From Carcharhinus longimanus (lineage: Eukaryota), in contig JASCQW010000162.1 in assembly GCA_030264375.1 (NCBI GenBank), positions 41,521,786 to 41,585,785 on the forward strand: a stretch of DNA of 64,000 bases, in the 5' to 3' direction. Numbering within the stretch: the stretch's first letter is position 1; each line of letters opens with the position of its first letter. The notes under the pieces were generated by a model. The model had not been told where the DNA came from, searched no databases, and saw only the letters and a program-made list of their open reading frames with translations. A program made the translations under genes and the position numbers. Shown here one piece after another: positions 63,480 through 64,000 of the stretch.

Positions 63480-64000
63480 CAATGGCTTCTCTTCCTGTTC
63501 CCTTCCTGGTATATTCCAAGGATATATCCTTGACCCCCTTTTATTTCTCAACTACATGCTTCATCTCGGTGACATCACCTGAAAACACAACTTCAGTTTC
63601 CACATGTACACCGATAACACCAGATTCTACTGGCCTACCTCCTCTCTCAACTCCATCATTGTCTGCAAATTATTAGACTGCCCGTCCAATGAGCGGAAAT
63701 TTGAATGTCTGACTGCGAGGTGAGAAGAAATTTCCTCCAATGAAATGCTGGGAAGCTTGAAGACAATGTTTTTGATCCCAGACAGAAACTCTGCTCCCTC
63801 GCCGCTGGCTCCATTCCTCTTCCTGACAACTGTCTGAGGCTGACAGACTGTTTGCAATCATGATGTCGCTTGATCCCAAGGTGAACTTCAGACCACATGT
63901 TGGTGCCATCATGAACAGTGCCCTTTTCTCCCCCTGTAATGTTGCTCGACTTTGCCCTTGCCTCAGTTTCATGCTGAAACTCTCATTCATGATTTTGCTA
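63480..64000 (+). mobile_element. L2-clade LINE RT fragment
   Basis: 'GIFQG.IL.PLLFL.YML.LGDI' and 'FHMYTDNT' (degenerate YADD) motifs. Confidence 0.75.

Noticed and set aside
57350-64000. VAMP exon 1 within the window
   Set aside because: No CpG-rich promoter with a convincing AT|GT donor found; presumably beyond 64000.

Overview
Vertebrate nuclear DNA, almost certainly a shark or other elasmobranch, judged from the HE1/V-SINE, DeuSINE, CR1, L2, RTE, Rex1 and Penelope repeat content. It is a gapped assembly. Two spliced genes lie in tandem on the minus strand. The first is a neuronal-type synaptobrevin (VAMP1/2-like; coding exons 2-5 at 57349-46656, 117 aa predicted; exon 1 not found in the window) with a probable long, repeat-poor 3' UTR. 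About 32 kb downstream of its stop codon is the 5' part of a Period circadian gene whose residues and promoter layout are PER2-type (promoter/exon 1 about 14 kb; coding exons 2-5 at 8134-295; the gene continues left of the window). Most ORFs in the supplied track are chance ORFs or transposon fragments. Most notable: (1) a VAMP directly upstream of a PER2-type gene, a pairing known in mammals for VAMP2-PER1 and VAMP3-PER3 but not PER2, so possibly a retained fourth synaptobrevin ohnolog; (2) a readable PER2-like clock/light cis-regulatory layout (two tandem E-box pairs, CCAAT boxes, three perfect D-boxes); (3) about 140-nt Penelope-derived insertions with target-site duplications and minimal hammerhead-ribozyme cores of two families, one nested in the other; (4) local inverted and direct duplications and multi-layer nested insertions.
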